The notes: generated by a model not told the origin, from the letters alone. DNA of 64,000 nt from Camelus dromedarius (GCF_036321535.1 NC_087436.1:47804001-47868000); one strand, 5' to 3'. Shown: positions 26,167-39,519, counted from the first letter of the stretch. Numbers and translations: made by a program.

Positions 26167-26905
26167 GTGGAGAGCCATTAACAAGTGTGCTCCCTCCACG
26201 TGAAGTGACTGAGCCAAACAAGCTGGCTTCCAAGGACAGAAGCCCTGTTTATGACTTTGAAATTGGATGTAAGAATTTCTACTTTGACCAGGGTGACAGG
26301 GTACAGGAGATGTGAATTTCTAATGCGTTAGCATATGAAGAGGAAATTTCCAAATAGATGACCCAGAACCAGTTTACACAATATTACAACCCGTGAGGAA
26401 TGTAAAAGAGGGACGAGAAGGGAAGATAATTCTTTTCGGAGTACTGTTGCTGGTTGTTGGTCTCTGTTCACCTCAGAGAGGGAGAGGTTGGTGTGCTGCC
26501 TGCTTCACCTCTAGCCTAGTGGTAGGCGGTTTCCATGGGATCATTCACAAGCTTGAAATATGTTCCCTATGGTTAAGAGGCATCAGTAGAAGATACCTAA
26601 TTCATCCAGAGAGAGAGACATATTTTGTTTGGATTGTATCCCACTTCTGTCGAGTGTGGGGCAATGATGTGTTTTCAGTGAATCAGATGTGAGCTATCTG
26701 TGCAAGAGAGGACCTATTTTGAATCTTCTTGAAAGGGGAGGCCAAGAGACTCCTAATAGCAAGAGCCTGTGAGGAGTGGGCAACCCAAGGAGACATGGAA
26801 GAGGGTGCAAGGTAGGGGAGGCGAAGGGAGAAGCAAATAAAAAACTGACTACCCATCCAGAGCAGACACCACAGTTTCTAGCCCCCTGCAAAGGAGAGAA
26901 TATTT

Positions 26906-29515
26906 TTTTAACATTTTTTTATTGAGTTATAGTCATTTTACAATGTTGTGTCAAATTCCAGTGTAGAGCACAATTTTTCAGTTATACATGAACATACATA
27001 TATTCATTGTCACATTTTTTTTCACCGTGAGCTACCACAAGATCTTGTATATATTTCCCTGTGCTATACAGTATAATCTTGTTTATCTATTCTACATTTT
27101 GAAATCCGAGTCTGTCCCTTCCCACCCCCCCACCCCCTTGGCATCCACAAGTTTGTATTCTATGTCTATGAGTCTGTTTCTGTTTTGTATTTATGTTTGT
27201 TTTTTTTTTTTTAGATTCCACATATGAGCGATCTCATATGGTATTTTTCTTTTTCTTTCTGGATTACTTCACTTAGAATGACATTCTCCAGGAATATCCA
27301 TGTTGCTGCAAATGGCGTTATGTTGTCAGTTTTTATGGCTGAATAGTATTCCATTGTATAAATATACCACACCTTCTTTATCCAGTCATCTGCTGATGGA
27401 CATTTAGGCTGTTTCCATGTCTTGGCTATTGTAAATACTGCTGCCATGAACATTGGGGTGCAGGTGTCATTTTGGAGTAGGGTTCCTTCTGAATATATGC
27501 CCAGGAGTGGGATTCCTGGGTCATATGGTAAGTCTATTCCTAGTCTTTTGAGGAATCTCCATACTGTTTTCCACAGTGGCTGCACCAAACTGCATTCCCA
27601 CTAGCAGTGTAGGAGGGTTCCCTTTTCTCCACAGCTTCTCCAGCATTTGTCATTTGTGGATTTTTGAATGATGGCCATTCTGACTGGTGTGAGGTGATCT
27701 CATTGTAGTTTTGATTTGCATTTCTCTGATAATTAGCGATATTGAGCATTTTTTCATGTGCCTATTGATCATTTGTATGTCTTCCTTGGAGAATTGTTTG
27801 TTTAGGTCTTTTGCCCATTTTTGGATTGGGTTGTTTTTTTTTTTCTTATTAAGTCATATGAACTGCTTATATATTCTGGAGATCAAGCCTTTGTTGGTTT
27901 CATTTGCAAACATTTTTTCCCATTCCGTAGGTTGTCTTTTTGTTTTACTTATGATTTCTTTTGCTGTGCAGAAGCTTGTAAGTTTAATTAGGTCCCATTT
28001 GTTTATTCTTGCTTTTATTTCTATTGCTTGGGTAGACTGTTTTAGGAGAACATTTTTGAGATGCATGTCAGATAATGTTTTGCCTATATTTTCTTCTAGG
28101 AGGTTTATTGTATCTTGTCTGATGTTTAAGTCTTTGATCCATTTTGAGTTGATTTTTGTGTATGGTTTAAGGGAGTGTTCTAGCTTCATTGATTTACATG
28201 CTGCTGTCCAGTTTTCCCAACACCATCTGCTGAAGAGACTGTCTTAATTCCATTGTATATTCTTGCTTCCATTGAAGATTAGTTGACCAGAAGCTTGTGG
28301 GTTCATTTCTGGGCTCTCTATTCTGTTCCATTGGTCCATATGTCTGTTTTTGTACCAATACCATGCTGTCTTGATGACTCTAGCTCTATAGTATTGTCTG
28401 AAGTCTGGGAGAGTTTTTCCTCCAGCCTCTTTCTTTCTCTTCAGTAATGCTTTGGCAATTCTAGGTCTTTTGTGGTTCCACATAAATTTTATTATGATTT
28501 GTTCTAGTTCTGTGAAATATGTCCTGGGTAATTTGACAGGGATTTCATTAAGTCTGTAGATTGCCTTGGGCAGTGTGACCATTTTAACAATATTGATTCT
28601 TCCAATCCGGGAGCGTGGGATATCTTTCCTTTTTTAAAAGTCTTCTTTAATTTCCTTCATCAATGGTTTATAGTTTTCTGTATATAATTCTTTTGCTTCC
28701 TTGGTTAGATTTATTCCTAGGTATTTTATTAGTTTGGGTGCTATTTTAAAGGGGATTGTTTCTTTACTTTCTTTTTCTATTGATTCATCGTTAGTATACA
28801 GAAACGCAACTGATTTTTGAACGTTAATCGTGTAACCTGCTACCTTGCTGAATTCTTTGATGATCTCTAGTAGTTTTTGTGGGAACCTTTTAGGGTTTTC
28901 TATATATAGGAACATGTCATCAGCATATAGTGACACTTTACCTCTTCTTTTCCAATTTGGATCCCTTTTATTTCTCTCTCTTGCCTGATTGCTGTGGCTA
29001 GGACTTCCAAATCTATGTTGAATAGGAGTGGTGATAGTGGACATCCTTGTCTTGTCCCAGATTTTAGTGGGAAGCTTTTGAATTTTTCACCATTGAGTAC
29101 TATGCTGACTGTAGGTTTGTCATAGATAGCTTTTATTATGTTGAGGTATGTTCCCTCTATGCCCACTTTGGTGAGAGTTTTTGTCATAAATGGGTGTTTA
29201 ATTTTGTTAAATGCTTTTTCTGCATCTATTGAGATGATCATGTGGTTTTTGTCCTTTCTCTTGTTGATGTGATGTATTACACTGATTGATTTGCATATGT
29301 TGAACCACCCTTGTGTCCCTGGGATGAACCCCACTTGATCATGATGTATAATCTTTTTTATGTGCTGTTGGATTCTATTTGCTAATATTTTGGTGAGGAT
29401 TTTTGCATCTAAGTTCATTAGTGATACTGGCCTATAATTCTCTTTTTTGGTGGTGTCTTTGCCTGGTTTTGGTATCAGGTTGATGGTGGCTTCATAGAAT
29501 GAGTTTGGGAGTATT
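26906..29515 (-). mobile_element. Young 5'-truncated L1 (~2.6 kb) with frameshifted ORF2 RT and C-terminal domain
   Basis: ORFs 28900..29418 ([31 protein letters not shown]...[15 protein letters not shown]), 28634..29044 (YADD), 28244..28582, 27854..28189 and 27211..27588 are consecutive ORF2p pieces. 16-bp TSD aaaggagagaatattt (26890-26905) / aaaggagggaatattt (29516-29531). Confidence 0.97.
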
Positions 29516-31195
29516 AAAGGAGGGAATATTTAATGCTACATGAAGTTTGGAATTATATTACATGGGATTTCGCATTTTACTTACCAAGTTGAACCCGTGT
29601 TTGCAACTTAGAGTAAACTTAAGATGCTTGTTACCTGAACATGATCAATAGAAGCATGTGATTTCTCGAGATCTCTTCAGGGTCAGGAGACTGCCATCAC
29701 TGAATACATTTTAAAGGGACAATGGGACAGAAAAACAAAGTTGTGTTTTGATTATGTCAGGAATTGTGCTTGTTCATAGCGTTGGGTACAAGACAACATC
29801 AGCATAGCAATGTAAGCAGTCGGGCTCTGTGGGGAGGTTGGCGTATTGTCTCCAGGCTCTTAGACCTTCTGGGTTTCACGTACAGCTCCAGAAATGTACT
29901 GAGAGTCAGGGCACCAGTATGTTACCTAGTGCATCTTTCCTGTTATTTTCCAAGGCTGTTCAAACCACGCTGTCATCAATTTTCTTTAGTATTTTCTTTA
30001 GCTAATTTTTACTTCCCTCCAATCTTCCTTAAAATCTGAAATTCTATCAGCTTGTGGTTATTTTTATCAAAATTAACTTTAGTTTTTGCATTCTCAGCAA
30101 TGTTCTCTTGTTGCACAGAGACACCTCCAAGGCAGGTGTCTCTTTACTTACAGTCACTAACAGACTACAGAAAGCATTCAATGCCTTCTTCCTATTGTCA
30201 GTGAGTTCCTGTCTGGGAATTTTAAGACATGCTCTAGTGTCCAATTTTCTTAATTAGAAAATGAAAGGAAACAAGTGTTTTGATATTTCCTAGAAGTTTA
30301 TCCAGAGTTAGAGAAAGAGAAGTAAGTGAAAATGGAAGGTGTTGAAATTAGTAAGGCTATAGCTAAAGCACAATAATTATAAAGAAGCTAGAGAAAACCA
30401 AATTTATTAGCATGTTATGGATTTATGACATGCAGAGTACATCCTGAGCAATTTCCTGTGAAAGAAAAACTTTGACAGAAAAATGTAAGAATAATGTAGG
30501 TTAAGTCACCTATGTCAGGTGCAATTGATACTTAATAATCATAAAATCAACTAATTAGACATATTTATAGGAAAGAAAGCAAAGGTAAATCAATTTATAA
30601 TTCCCAGGGTAACATTTATTTAGATTTTAAAATATAAAGATGGACATTAAAAAATAGGATGAGAGGAAAGGGACCCTGGAAGAAAGGGCCTTTGGGAGTC
30701 CATGAAATATTCTCTGTGCACATGTAGTTGAATATTTGTATGTTTCAGAGAGAGAGAACGAGAGAATAAAAATTACAAATTTAACTGATATGCTAAAAAC
30801 TGCTAATATATCCATTCTTTCTTCAATCCACAATGAAATTTTCCAGGGATATAATGAATTTCTCAGTCGGGCTTTATTTATCAAAACCTCCATTAGCAGG
30901 TAGGAAGTAAAAAAGCATTGATTTGAAAATACATTCTTAGGCTCTAAAGAAAAGAGAGAGACTATAGGAAGAAAAATATGAGAAAGTTGACTCATTAGAT
31001 TGTGAGTTCTTTGGGAATGTTATACTATTTACAACTTACAGCATAAAAAGACTGGCACTCAGAAAAAAATGGTGGAAGAATAAATGAGAAACTCAATGCC
31101 TAAGCTCAGAAATTTTCAAAAGCATGCATATAAATCTGATTTTACTCTCTTCTCCAATGTTGTTTCTTCATGGATTGATTGATTAATTGATTGCT

Positions 31196-31330
31196 AGAAT
31201 GGTTAGCATAGATTAACGGGATCTCAGAAATGTAGTCTAACCCTCTCATTTCACATAGGAGAGAACTGGGGTTAAGAGAGGTTAGGGTAACACAACAGAA
31301 TCAGGCCTAGAACCCAGGTTTTCTAACTTA
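31196..31330 (-). mobile_element. MIR-family SINE fragment
   Basis: tagtctaaccctctcatttcacataggagagaactggggttaagagaggttag...ggcctagaacccaggttttctaact. Confidence 0.6.
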
Positions 31331-31344
31331 CGGACCTGTGTTCT

Positions 31345-32357
31345 TTTTTAAAATATATTTTTATTGAAGTATAGTCAGTTTACAATGTCATGTCAATTTC
31401 TGGTGTACAGCACAATGCTTCAGTCATATAGGAGCATACATATATTCATTTTCATATTATTTTTAACTATAAATTACTACAAGATATTGAATATGGTTCC
31501 CTGTGCCATACAGTATAAATTTGTTGTTTATATATATATATATATATATATAGTAGTTAGTATCTGCAGATCTCAAACTCCCAATTTATCTTTTCCCACC
31601 CCCTTCCCCCCAGTACCATAAGTTTGTTTTCTATATCTGTGAGTCTGTTTCTGTTTTATAAGTTTGTTTGTCTTTTTTTAGATTCCACATATAAGTAATA
31701 TCATATGGTATTTTTCTTTCTCTTTCTGGCTTACTTTGCTTAGAATGACGATCTCTAGGGCCATCCATGTTGCTGCAAATGGCATTATTTTATTATTTTT
31801 TATGGCTGAGCAGTATTCCATTGTATAAATATACCACAGCTTCTTTATCCAGTCATCTGTCGATGGACATTTAGGTTGTTTCCATGTCTTGGCTATTGTA
31901 AATAGTGCTGCTATGAACATTGGGCTACATACATCTTTTTTGAATTAAGGTTCCCTCCAGACATATGCCCAGGAGTGGGATTGCTGGGTCATATGGTAAG
32001 TCTATTTTTAGTCTTTTGAGGAATCTCCATACTATTTTTCATAACAGCTGCACCAAACTGCATTCCCACCAACAGTGTAAGAGGGTTCCCTTTTCTCCAT
32101 GGTGTCTCCAGCATTTATTATTTGTGGACTTTTGAATGATGGCCATTCTGACTGGTGTGAGGTGATATCTCATTGTAGTTTTGATTTGCATTTCTCTGAT
32201 AATTAGCAATATTGAACATTTTTTCATGTTCCATTTGTATGTCTTCATTGGAGAATTTCATGTTTAGGTCTTCTGCCCATTTTTGGATTGGGTTTTTTTT
32301 TTTTTTCTTATTAAGTTGTATGAGCTGTTTATATATTATGGAAATTAAGCCCTTGTA
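31345..32357 (-). mobile_element. 5'-truncated camelid-type L1 (~1 kb) with internal (TA)n at 31528-31551
   Basis: ORFs 31678..31920 ([36 protein letters not shown]) and 32039..32248 ([17 protein letters not shown]) are the ORF2p C-terminus; 3' UTR as in the 4621 copy. Confidence 0.95.
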
Positions 32358-32544
32358 TGTTTGTTTCACTATAGCATTCATCTGACAAATTCTTTAACAT
32401 TAGAGTTCTAGATTCAAAATGAAAATTTCAAATTTAATTAGTAGGCAATATTGAGGAATGGTTTAGAAACTTCTTCCATGATGTCTGGAGTTAAAGAGAA
32501 TGTATTCATCCTGCAGTGTTAAATAAAATATTGGCAAAAACAAA

Positions 32545-32786
32545 TTAAAAGGAAGACACAAATGAACTCATCTACAAAACAGAAGCAGATTCACAGACAT
32601 AGTGAACAAACTTATGGTTACTGGGGGAAAAGGGGTGGGAAGGGATAAATTGGGAGTTCGAGATGTGCAAATACTACTATATATAAGATAGACAAAAAGC
32701 AAATTTCTTCTGTATAGCACAGGGAACTATATTCAATATCTTATAGTAACCTACAATGAAAATGACTATACTTCAATAAAAAAATA
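32545..32786 (+). mobile_element. Short L1 3' UTR insertion with internal deletion and long TSD
   Basis: aaataaaatattggcaaaaacaaa at 32521-32544 and 32787-32810; body is reverse-complement homologous to 31360-31680. Confidence 0.85.
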
Positions 32787-33747
32787 AAATAAAATATTGG
32801 CAAAAACAAAAGCAAAAACAAAAAAAGAGAATGTATTCAGATGTGATTCAAGCACAGGCAGTGACCCTGATTTCACTCAAAGTTTCTCTTTTTGGGTAAG
32901 GTATGCTGTCAAATTTAGAAAGGTTGAGGGTATAGGAGAAAATTATCCTAAGATCCGAAGAATTCTTGCAGTTGAAAAATGGGGAAATTAGGCACAGAGT
33001 ACTAAAGAAAATTACTCAAACACATGCACTGTTCTTAAAATTCTATTTTTGAATCTTCTAATTAGAATCCTAAAAATAAAATACGGGAAACTGTAAGTGA
33101 AAATAGATTAACCCGTGGTTTCTAATAACAATCAATGCATTTTTATTCAAAGTACATGCTTTATTCAGAATTGTTTAAAAAGCACCCTCATCTATCATCA
33201 GCTCTGTGAATGTTATTTGCTATCTCTAAGGTATCACACAAGATTGATTCTGAAAACTGTGACTCCAGCCTGTTCATCAGTTAAAATAATTCTCATAATG
33301 GCAAAAGGAAAATACAAGGCAAAAACTGTAGTATTCTCATAAACAATGACTAACAATTGCAGGATATAAATGGGAAAAGTGCCATTGATGATAATGCAGC
33401 AGCTTTTAAACACTTGTGAGGGAGTCCAATTATAGTATCTCCTGCTACCTTCTGCCTCTCAGTCTAACCCTACCACCCATGAATGGGAACATGTATCACT
33501 TCCTCCCAAACAATTCCATTCAGTTTAACCATGAAGAAAACCTCTTTTATGCAGATCCTCCACTTCCTTCCCTCTGATGTCCAGACCTTTCAAGCTCACT
33601 AAGTCACACAGCATTTCTGTGCATTGTTACCTCCTCCTCAATGAGGTTGTTGGGAAATACTTCAAACAGTCAGTTCTGGAGGGGGACAGAAACTGGCCAG
33701 GGGGAAGGGGAAGGAAGGGAAATCAAGTCAGTGCTTGCCAAACAGCC

Positions 33748-33775
33748 AAAAAAAAAAAAAAAAAAAAAAAAAAAA
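33748..33775 (+). repeat. Poly(A)28 tract
   Basis: Uninterrupted A run; no retroelement body recognised upstream. Confidence 0.95.
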
Positions 33776-35098
33776 GTGGGAGTTGCTGGTGGTGGAGGGG
33801 GAGTGATCTCTACTGAGCCAAACAAAATGATACCTGAGAGATGTGCAATCCATTCTAAAGGGAACAATTGGGAATTAGGTAGTCATTTTACCTCTGTGAA
33901 AGTGAGTAATAGGAAAGTGGCGTTAAGAGAATAATTTGGAGTGTCAAAGGGAGGCCTGAAAGAATGAGGAGGTGCTTTGACTTCCCGCAAGCTTTCCAAA
34001 GGCTCTGAATTTCCATTTTAACCCACTGAGAAACGAGGCACCTAGCATCGGTGGAGGAGACTGAGTCTGGCCTCTTCTGTGGCTACATTCGTTCTGACCT
34101 AAAAACCTGTGTATAAGATTTCTCTCAGTGACATGTTTCCTGTAAGAAAAACATAACCACACTAGATATGTATAGTATAAAGGCAGATTATTTTTAAACA
34201 GGGGGCTTTTCAAGGTTTATTGCAAGGCGTCAGCTACTCTTTAAGTTAAAATAATGTTTGACAGGTCAGTAATGAGACATAAAAGATTTAAAAGAAAAAA
34301 AAAACAGACAATTTTGTACAGCTAAAGGGGCAGAAACAGAAACATCAAAGCTCAGGAACTGTATACATTGCACAAAGCATTAGGAGTTTCTGTTCTCTTT
34401 AACATTTTGACATGTGTTATGTAGTGTGGTTAGGACTATTAAGGGAATGAAAACTTCTTTCCAAGCAGTTCTTTACCACTCACTCGTTCCATGGTCACGT
34501 GAAGGGCACTTTGAAGTTTCCCAGGAACAAAAGCAAGGTACTGCTGTGCTTTGCTGGATAGGATAAGTATGAACAGAGAATGCTATGTAATGTAATATAG
34601 TAATCTGTCAATCAAGTGGTATTTGTTTTTGATTTAAAGGCATTTTGATTTTTTAATACAGGGATTCCAAGAGAAATCTTCTGTCTTTTGCAGTTACCTC
34701 AGCTCTGTTAGAACTGAGACCTCTCTCAGGGTTGGAAGTTAGCCTTGGCAGTTTGACTGTCCAGTTAAAGGATTATGTGTGGAGTACTTCCCAACTGGTA
34801 GATGTGAAACTCCACTTAGATTTGGAAAGACTTCTTCATAACTATTGCATTCTTCTGCTTGATCATTTATTATTTAATTGGTTAGTTTTTCATTTAGCTT
34901 CAGCAAATTATCAAAAGGATTTCTTGGATAGAATAAGACAGGTGTGATCATTTCTGCAGTTGACTTTGAAATTCTTCTGTACAATAATGCTTTTTAGAGT
35001 GTGTTATAACTTAAGGAACAGAGAGACCCTTCAGTTTTCTTGTAACTATTTTCCTGGGTCTGATTTCTGGAGCAAGATATCCCTTGAGTAATCAACAC

Positions 35099-35313
35099 TG
35101 TGTAATGGAAGGAGTATGGACTTTAGAACCAGACAGTCACAGATTTATACATAGCATCTTCCACTTACCAGCTGGGGAAACTTGAGAAAGTCTATGAACT
35201 TCTCTGAACTTTGGGTTTCTCAGCTGTGAAACTGAGGTAATGATACCAATTTGTGTAGGTTTGTTATAGGAATTAAAACGTAATTTCTGTAAAACTTCAA
35301 TATCTAGCAAATA
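35099..35313 (+). mobile_element. MIR SINE, near full length
   Basis: tgtaatggaaggagtatggactttagaaccagac...ccacttaccagctg...tttctcagctgtgaaactgaggtaatgatacc. Confidence 0.75.
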
Positions 35314-35559
35314 CCAGTCCTCTTATTCTGCCTGCAACAGAAGGAGCACTGATTGGAAAGGCTTCCATTTGGGAGTCAGAAAGAAGTATATTGAAGATTA
35401 TGAGAGGAAAACTATTCTTTCTCTTTATATTCAGTTTTATCTTTGTAGTTTCAAAACCTAGCATCCCAAAAGCTTGAACGTTGGAATCAGAACAAATGAA
35501 TGAGAGCATTATGTGGATTCATTTTCCCTGCTCTTTCTTATTATTTCTACCCCCATCAT

Positions 35560-36420
35560 AGCTTTAAAAGTAAGCCATTTGGGGGAACAGCATGAGCATA
35601 TCAAAGGTGAACACGGATTCCTCAAACTCGGCTCGTCCAGTGCTGAACTGATGGTCTATTTCTGCCACCACCAGCCACCAAACCTTAAAAGCCAGGCTTT
35701 ATGTCAGCCATGCTCTCTGATCCACCCTACATAAAGCCCACCTCCAAGACCTTTTGTTGCTACTTTTAGCATGCCCCTGTTCAGTTTCTTGCTCTCTTCT
35801 GACTCTAAATTTTGGTGCTCTTCAACTTTCTTAGATTACCTTCCAGGGCCTTTTAATTGGTATCTCTTCCTCTGGCCTCGGTCTCTTCCAAATACAAAGT
35901 TAATTATGTGACTCCTCTGATTAGAATCATTAAATGTTTATTGTAACCTTAAAAATTGAAGTGTGAATTACTTGGCATAGTGAATCAGGCGCTTTATGAT
36001 GTAGTTCCAGCCTGTGTCTTTGGCCCTATGTCCTGCCATGCTGATCCTTATTGCCTAAGCTCCATCAGCAATGAATAACCTGAGGTTACCACACTGCCAC
36101 TAAACTCTGCACCTTTGTACATGATCTCCCCTCTGCCTGGACCTCCTTTTATCCTATTGTCCACAGCGAAATTCCCCAGTTCAAGCACTCACTGAGTTCA
36201 TGGTTTACTACCTCCTGACCTTCAAAACCAGGGAGAATTAATCCTCCCCCCTCTGTACTCCCTGAGTCTTGTGTAGATCGTAGGATTGCTCTCGCCACAT
36301 TGGATTAGATGCAGTATCTCCAGTCCCTGGACTATGAACTCTATGGACAGTGAACATATCCTTTCATCTTTATGATCTCAGGCTGTTACTCATAAGATGC
36401 TAATAATTCAGGCTGGTTGA
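35560..36420 (+). mobile_element. L2 LINE 3' region
   Basis: cctcaaactcggctcgtccagtgctgaactg, tgtgactcctctgattagaatc, ccctctgcctgg and ggactatgaactc...ttcatctttatg are L2-like. Confidence 0.6.
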
Positions 36421-36702
36421 ACAGCAAAGCTGAGGAGACAGAGCCAACTTGCATGAGTGTGGCAGCACAGGTGACAGACAGATGTGATGAAGCCAGGCCA
36501 CATTTGTGGCCTAGGAAGGAAAATGAAAGCACACACTCGACATTATTTATGGTAATTTTGGCATAGCAATTTTATACGATGAAAATACATCAGTAGTATA
36601 GAAAGAATAGTGAAAGAACATTTAGTGGCAAGTGATGTATTTGTTTCAAAATGCCAGTGACTTGACTCTTAAACTTTTAGAGCCTTAAACTTTTAAGGCC
36701 GT

Positions 36703-36785
36703 CGTATCAGTTAGGGTTTAGCCCAAGCTGTGTAAGAAACAGACTCAAAGTTGCAGTGGCTTAAATAAAATAAAAGTGTTTGTAA
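36703..36785 (-). mobile_element. MLT1 LTR fragment
   Basis: gtatcagttagggtttagcccaagctgtgtaagaaac...gcagtggcttaaataaaataaaagtgttt resembles an antisense MLT1 3' end. Confidence 0.5.
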
Positions 36786-36789
36786 AATA

Positions 36790-37205
36790 TCAGGAGATAG
36801 AAAAGGAGAGATCACTTTGACAGTGGGACTGAGGGAAGACTTGCCAGGGAAGTGCAAATCGGGTTGAAACTTGAAGAACACTTAGGACTTTAACAGGCAA
36901 AGAACACTCAGAAAAGAGACATTCTTGTATAGAGAATAGCATTAAAAAACACACTGATTCATGAAACAGTGTCCAGGGGAATATAGAGTCTGGTGAGATG
37001 AAGTGAGAAAGTAGTGAGAGAGGAGGCTGATCAGGTGTGTGGGAACCACATGGTGAAAGTCTTAAATGGTAAGTTGGATAGTTTGGCTTATGGGAAGTCT
37101 GTCTGTAATGTCCCAAATGGGAAGTCACATAACGCTTTTGGTCCAAGTGGTGACTTGACCCCAGCTATAACATAGACAGAGCCTTCAGATGGCAGTGGGT
37201 GGGAG
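36790..37205 (-). mobile_element. L2 fragment
   Basis: Purine-rich antisense L2 pattern (gggactgagggaagacttgccagggaagtg...gttgaaacttgaaga). Confidence 0.45.
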
Positions 37206-38180
37206 GAGTGGTGTATCACTTTATGTTTATATGGCACCCTGCTCATTCCTCTGGTGCATAATCCAGGATAGGGGGTTTACCACAGGTAAAGGTAGATTTT
37301 TCTAAATCCTGTTCGAGAGGAGTTATTTTGTTTGATTTGGCATAGAATCTGGAAAGAGTGCCTTATCATTCTTATCCCCACTCAAACATCCGAATACCTG
37401 GGGGAGGAGAAGGTCAGGAGGTAAAATGTCTCCTTCTAGGCCTGGTGGGAAGAGCAGGATATAATTATCTTTATGAAATGAGACACACCAGGAGTTGAAT
37501 GGCTCACTTAAAATCCAAGCAAACTTAAAATGTATGACCCTACACTACATGCCCCCCAGTCTATCCACAAAAAAAGAGTTGGCTAGTGCACTGTTTCCTT
37601 GGGGGTGGGGGGAAGCATAGAGTATACATTTCTTCACACATCTGAAGATTCCTTTGAACTCATTCTACTTATATCCCTACACACTTTTATTTGAAGGCTG
37701 CAGTGCCCACAAATCCAGGCAGATAATTTACATTTTCATGTAAGCAATTTTAAACAATTTTTCCTCTCTGTATTTTTGGCCAGAATTTTTGCTCAGAGAG
37801 AAGTGAGTCATAGACTCATAAAAAAAAAAAAAAGAGAGAGACGTTTGGGTCACCAGTGATTTTATTACAACAGTGAGCCTATAAAAGTGTTCAGATTTTA
37901 ACTGGTTGTTTTTTTTAACATCCAAACGCATATTGTATTCTGCCAGGCTGAGGAAATTTAGTGGAGATCATGTCTAGCTTTTATCTTCTATATCTAAATT
38001 GGAACACTGTTTTCCAAAGAAAGGGTGAAGCCCATTAATTCATAGGAAGGTGACATCACTGCAGAGAAATCACTGTGAGTTTTATAAAAGCAGGCCTAAA
38101 AGAAGTTTAGGATTTGGGTATATGGAAGAAATGTAAGGACAATGCTGGTAGGACGAATAGGGAATATAAGGAAAAGCACA

Positions 38181-38620
38181 CATTCATTCATTTACCAACA
38201 TTTATTAAGTGGTTACAAAGTGTTAAACAGAGCTGGGCACTTAGGAGATCTTGAAGAATCCCGAGAGGTAAACCAGGAGAGAGAAGTGAGAAGCAGAATG
38301 AGGAGGGTCTCACATGGTTAGCGAAGGCATGTCTCATTTCTCTGGGAGGCAGTAATGGATCACTCAGGAGAGCATCATGTTGGAAAGGTTAATCCAGGAG
38401 CCTGGTCAGTTGATTGGGAAGGGAAGAGAGAAGAAGCAGGGGAGCAGTTCAGGGAGGCTCCTGAAATAGTCTAAGCATGAGGGAACAAAGGCCCCAGCAG
38501 GCTGAGGGCTGGAAAGGAAAAGAAAATCAAGAGATAATAGGCCAAGGAAGAACAGCGGAGATTAGTAACCTTGATGGACATGATGGAGGGAAAAAGAAAA
38601 CATTTCAGAGGGGGCGTTTT
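38181..38620 (-). mobile_element. L2 3' end and adjoining fragment
   Basis: cattcattcatttaccaacatttattaagtg is the typical antisense L2 terminus. Confidence 0.6.
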
Positions 38621-39519
38621 TGCATAAATGCCATTTATTACAATATCTACCTCGGCACATTCAGGACATAGGAATTTCCTTTTTTTCTCTCCTATAAATT
38701 CATTTGTGTTATGTCTCACCGGGGCTAGCATATTTATGAACATGACTGGTCATCTATAGACTCTAACATGAAAATTTAAGTGTGGAAAAAACGGTTTTCT
38801 TTTCATACTCTGTGAAAAAAAAAAGACATAAAACCCTGTTTAAAAACAGTTATAGGCAGTTTCTCACCACAAATAGGAGACAAAGGTTTGTTAATCTATA
38901 TTCAGGAATCAAATATTGGCTTAGAGATTGTTTTTAAAAAGCTGCCAGAAGATACATGAATATATTCTTTGCTTGAGACGTGACTACACCGAATTTTTAG
39001 GGAAAGATTTCTGTGCCAAGTTGGTTTTAGAAGGACAAAATTAATGGCAGTAAGCCAGATATTTGGGAAGAGATATTCCTGTGAGGTCAAGAAGTTTGAG
39101 CCTTTCTGCTGAGCTATCATTATGAATGGCTTACTTAAAATTAAGTGTTATCTAGGATTAAAAGTGTGAAGACCAGGGCTTGGTTTCTCAAGCAATAAGA
39201 GGCATGATCTGTTACTATACCCACTTAAGAAATATGGAGCTCTTGATCATGGATAAAGCAAACCAGGAAAGAGAGGTAAAGAGGGAGGAAGTTGGTAGGG
39301 GCACTCAACCATGATCAGGGTCATGGCAGTGTTTGGATCAGGAAAAAGTAGGCGTATAAATAAGCCTAGCTCTTTAACAGGTATTCAGAAGAAAGCTGAC
39401 AAGTACACCTGGACTCTTAAACAGCCGAGTGAGTGTACCCACTGACGATGGTTCAGCCTTTGTCCGAACCTGGTTCACAATCTTTCCAACATAGCACCTC
39501 AGTCCTAGATGAATTACAT

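Noticed and set aside
27711..28247. 178-aa hydrophobic ORF on + strand (and similar ORFs at 27422, 51149, 51753)
   Set aside because: Antisense reading frames of L1 ORF2; a common artefact.
33577..33934. Poly-Lys / poly-Phe ORFs, and a possible processed pseudogene tail
   Set aside because: Caused by the A28 run; no recognisable retrocopy body or TSD upstream.
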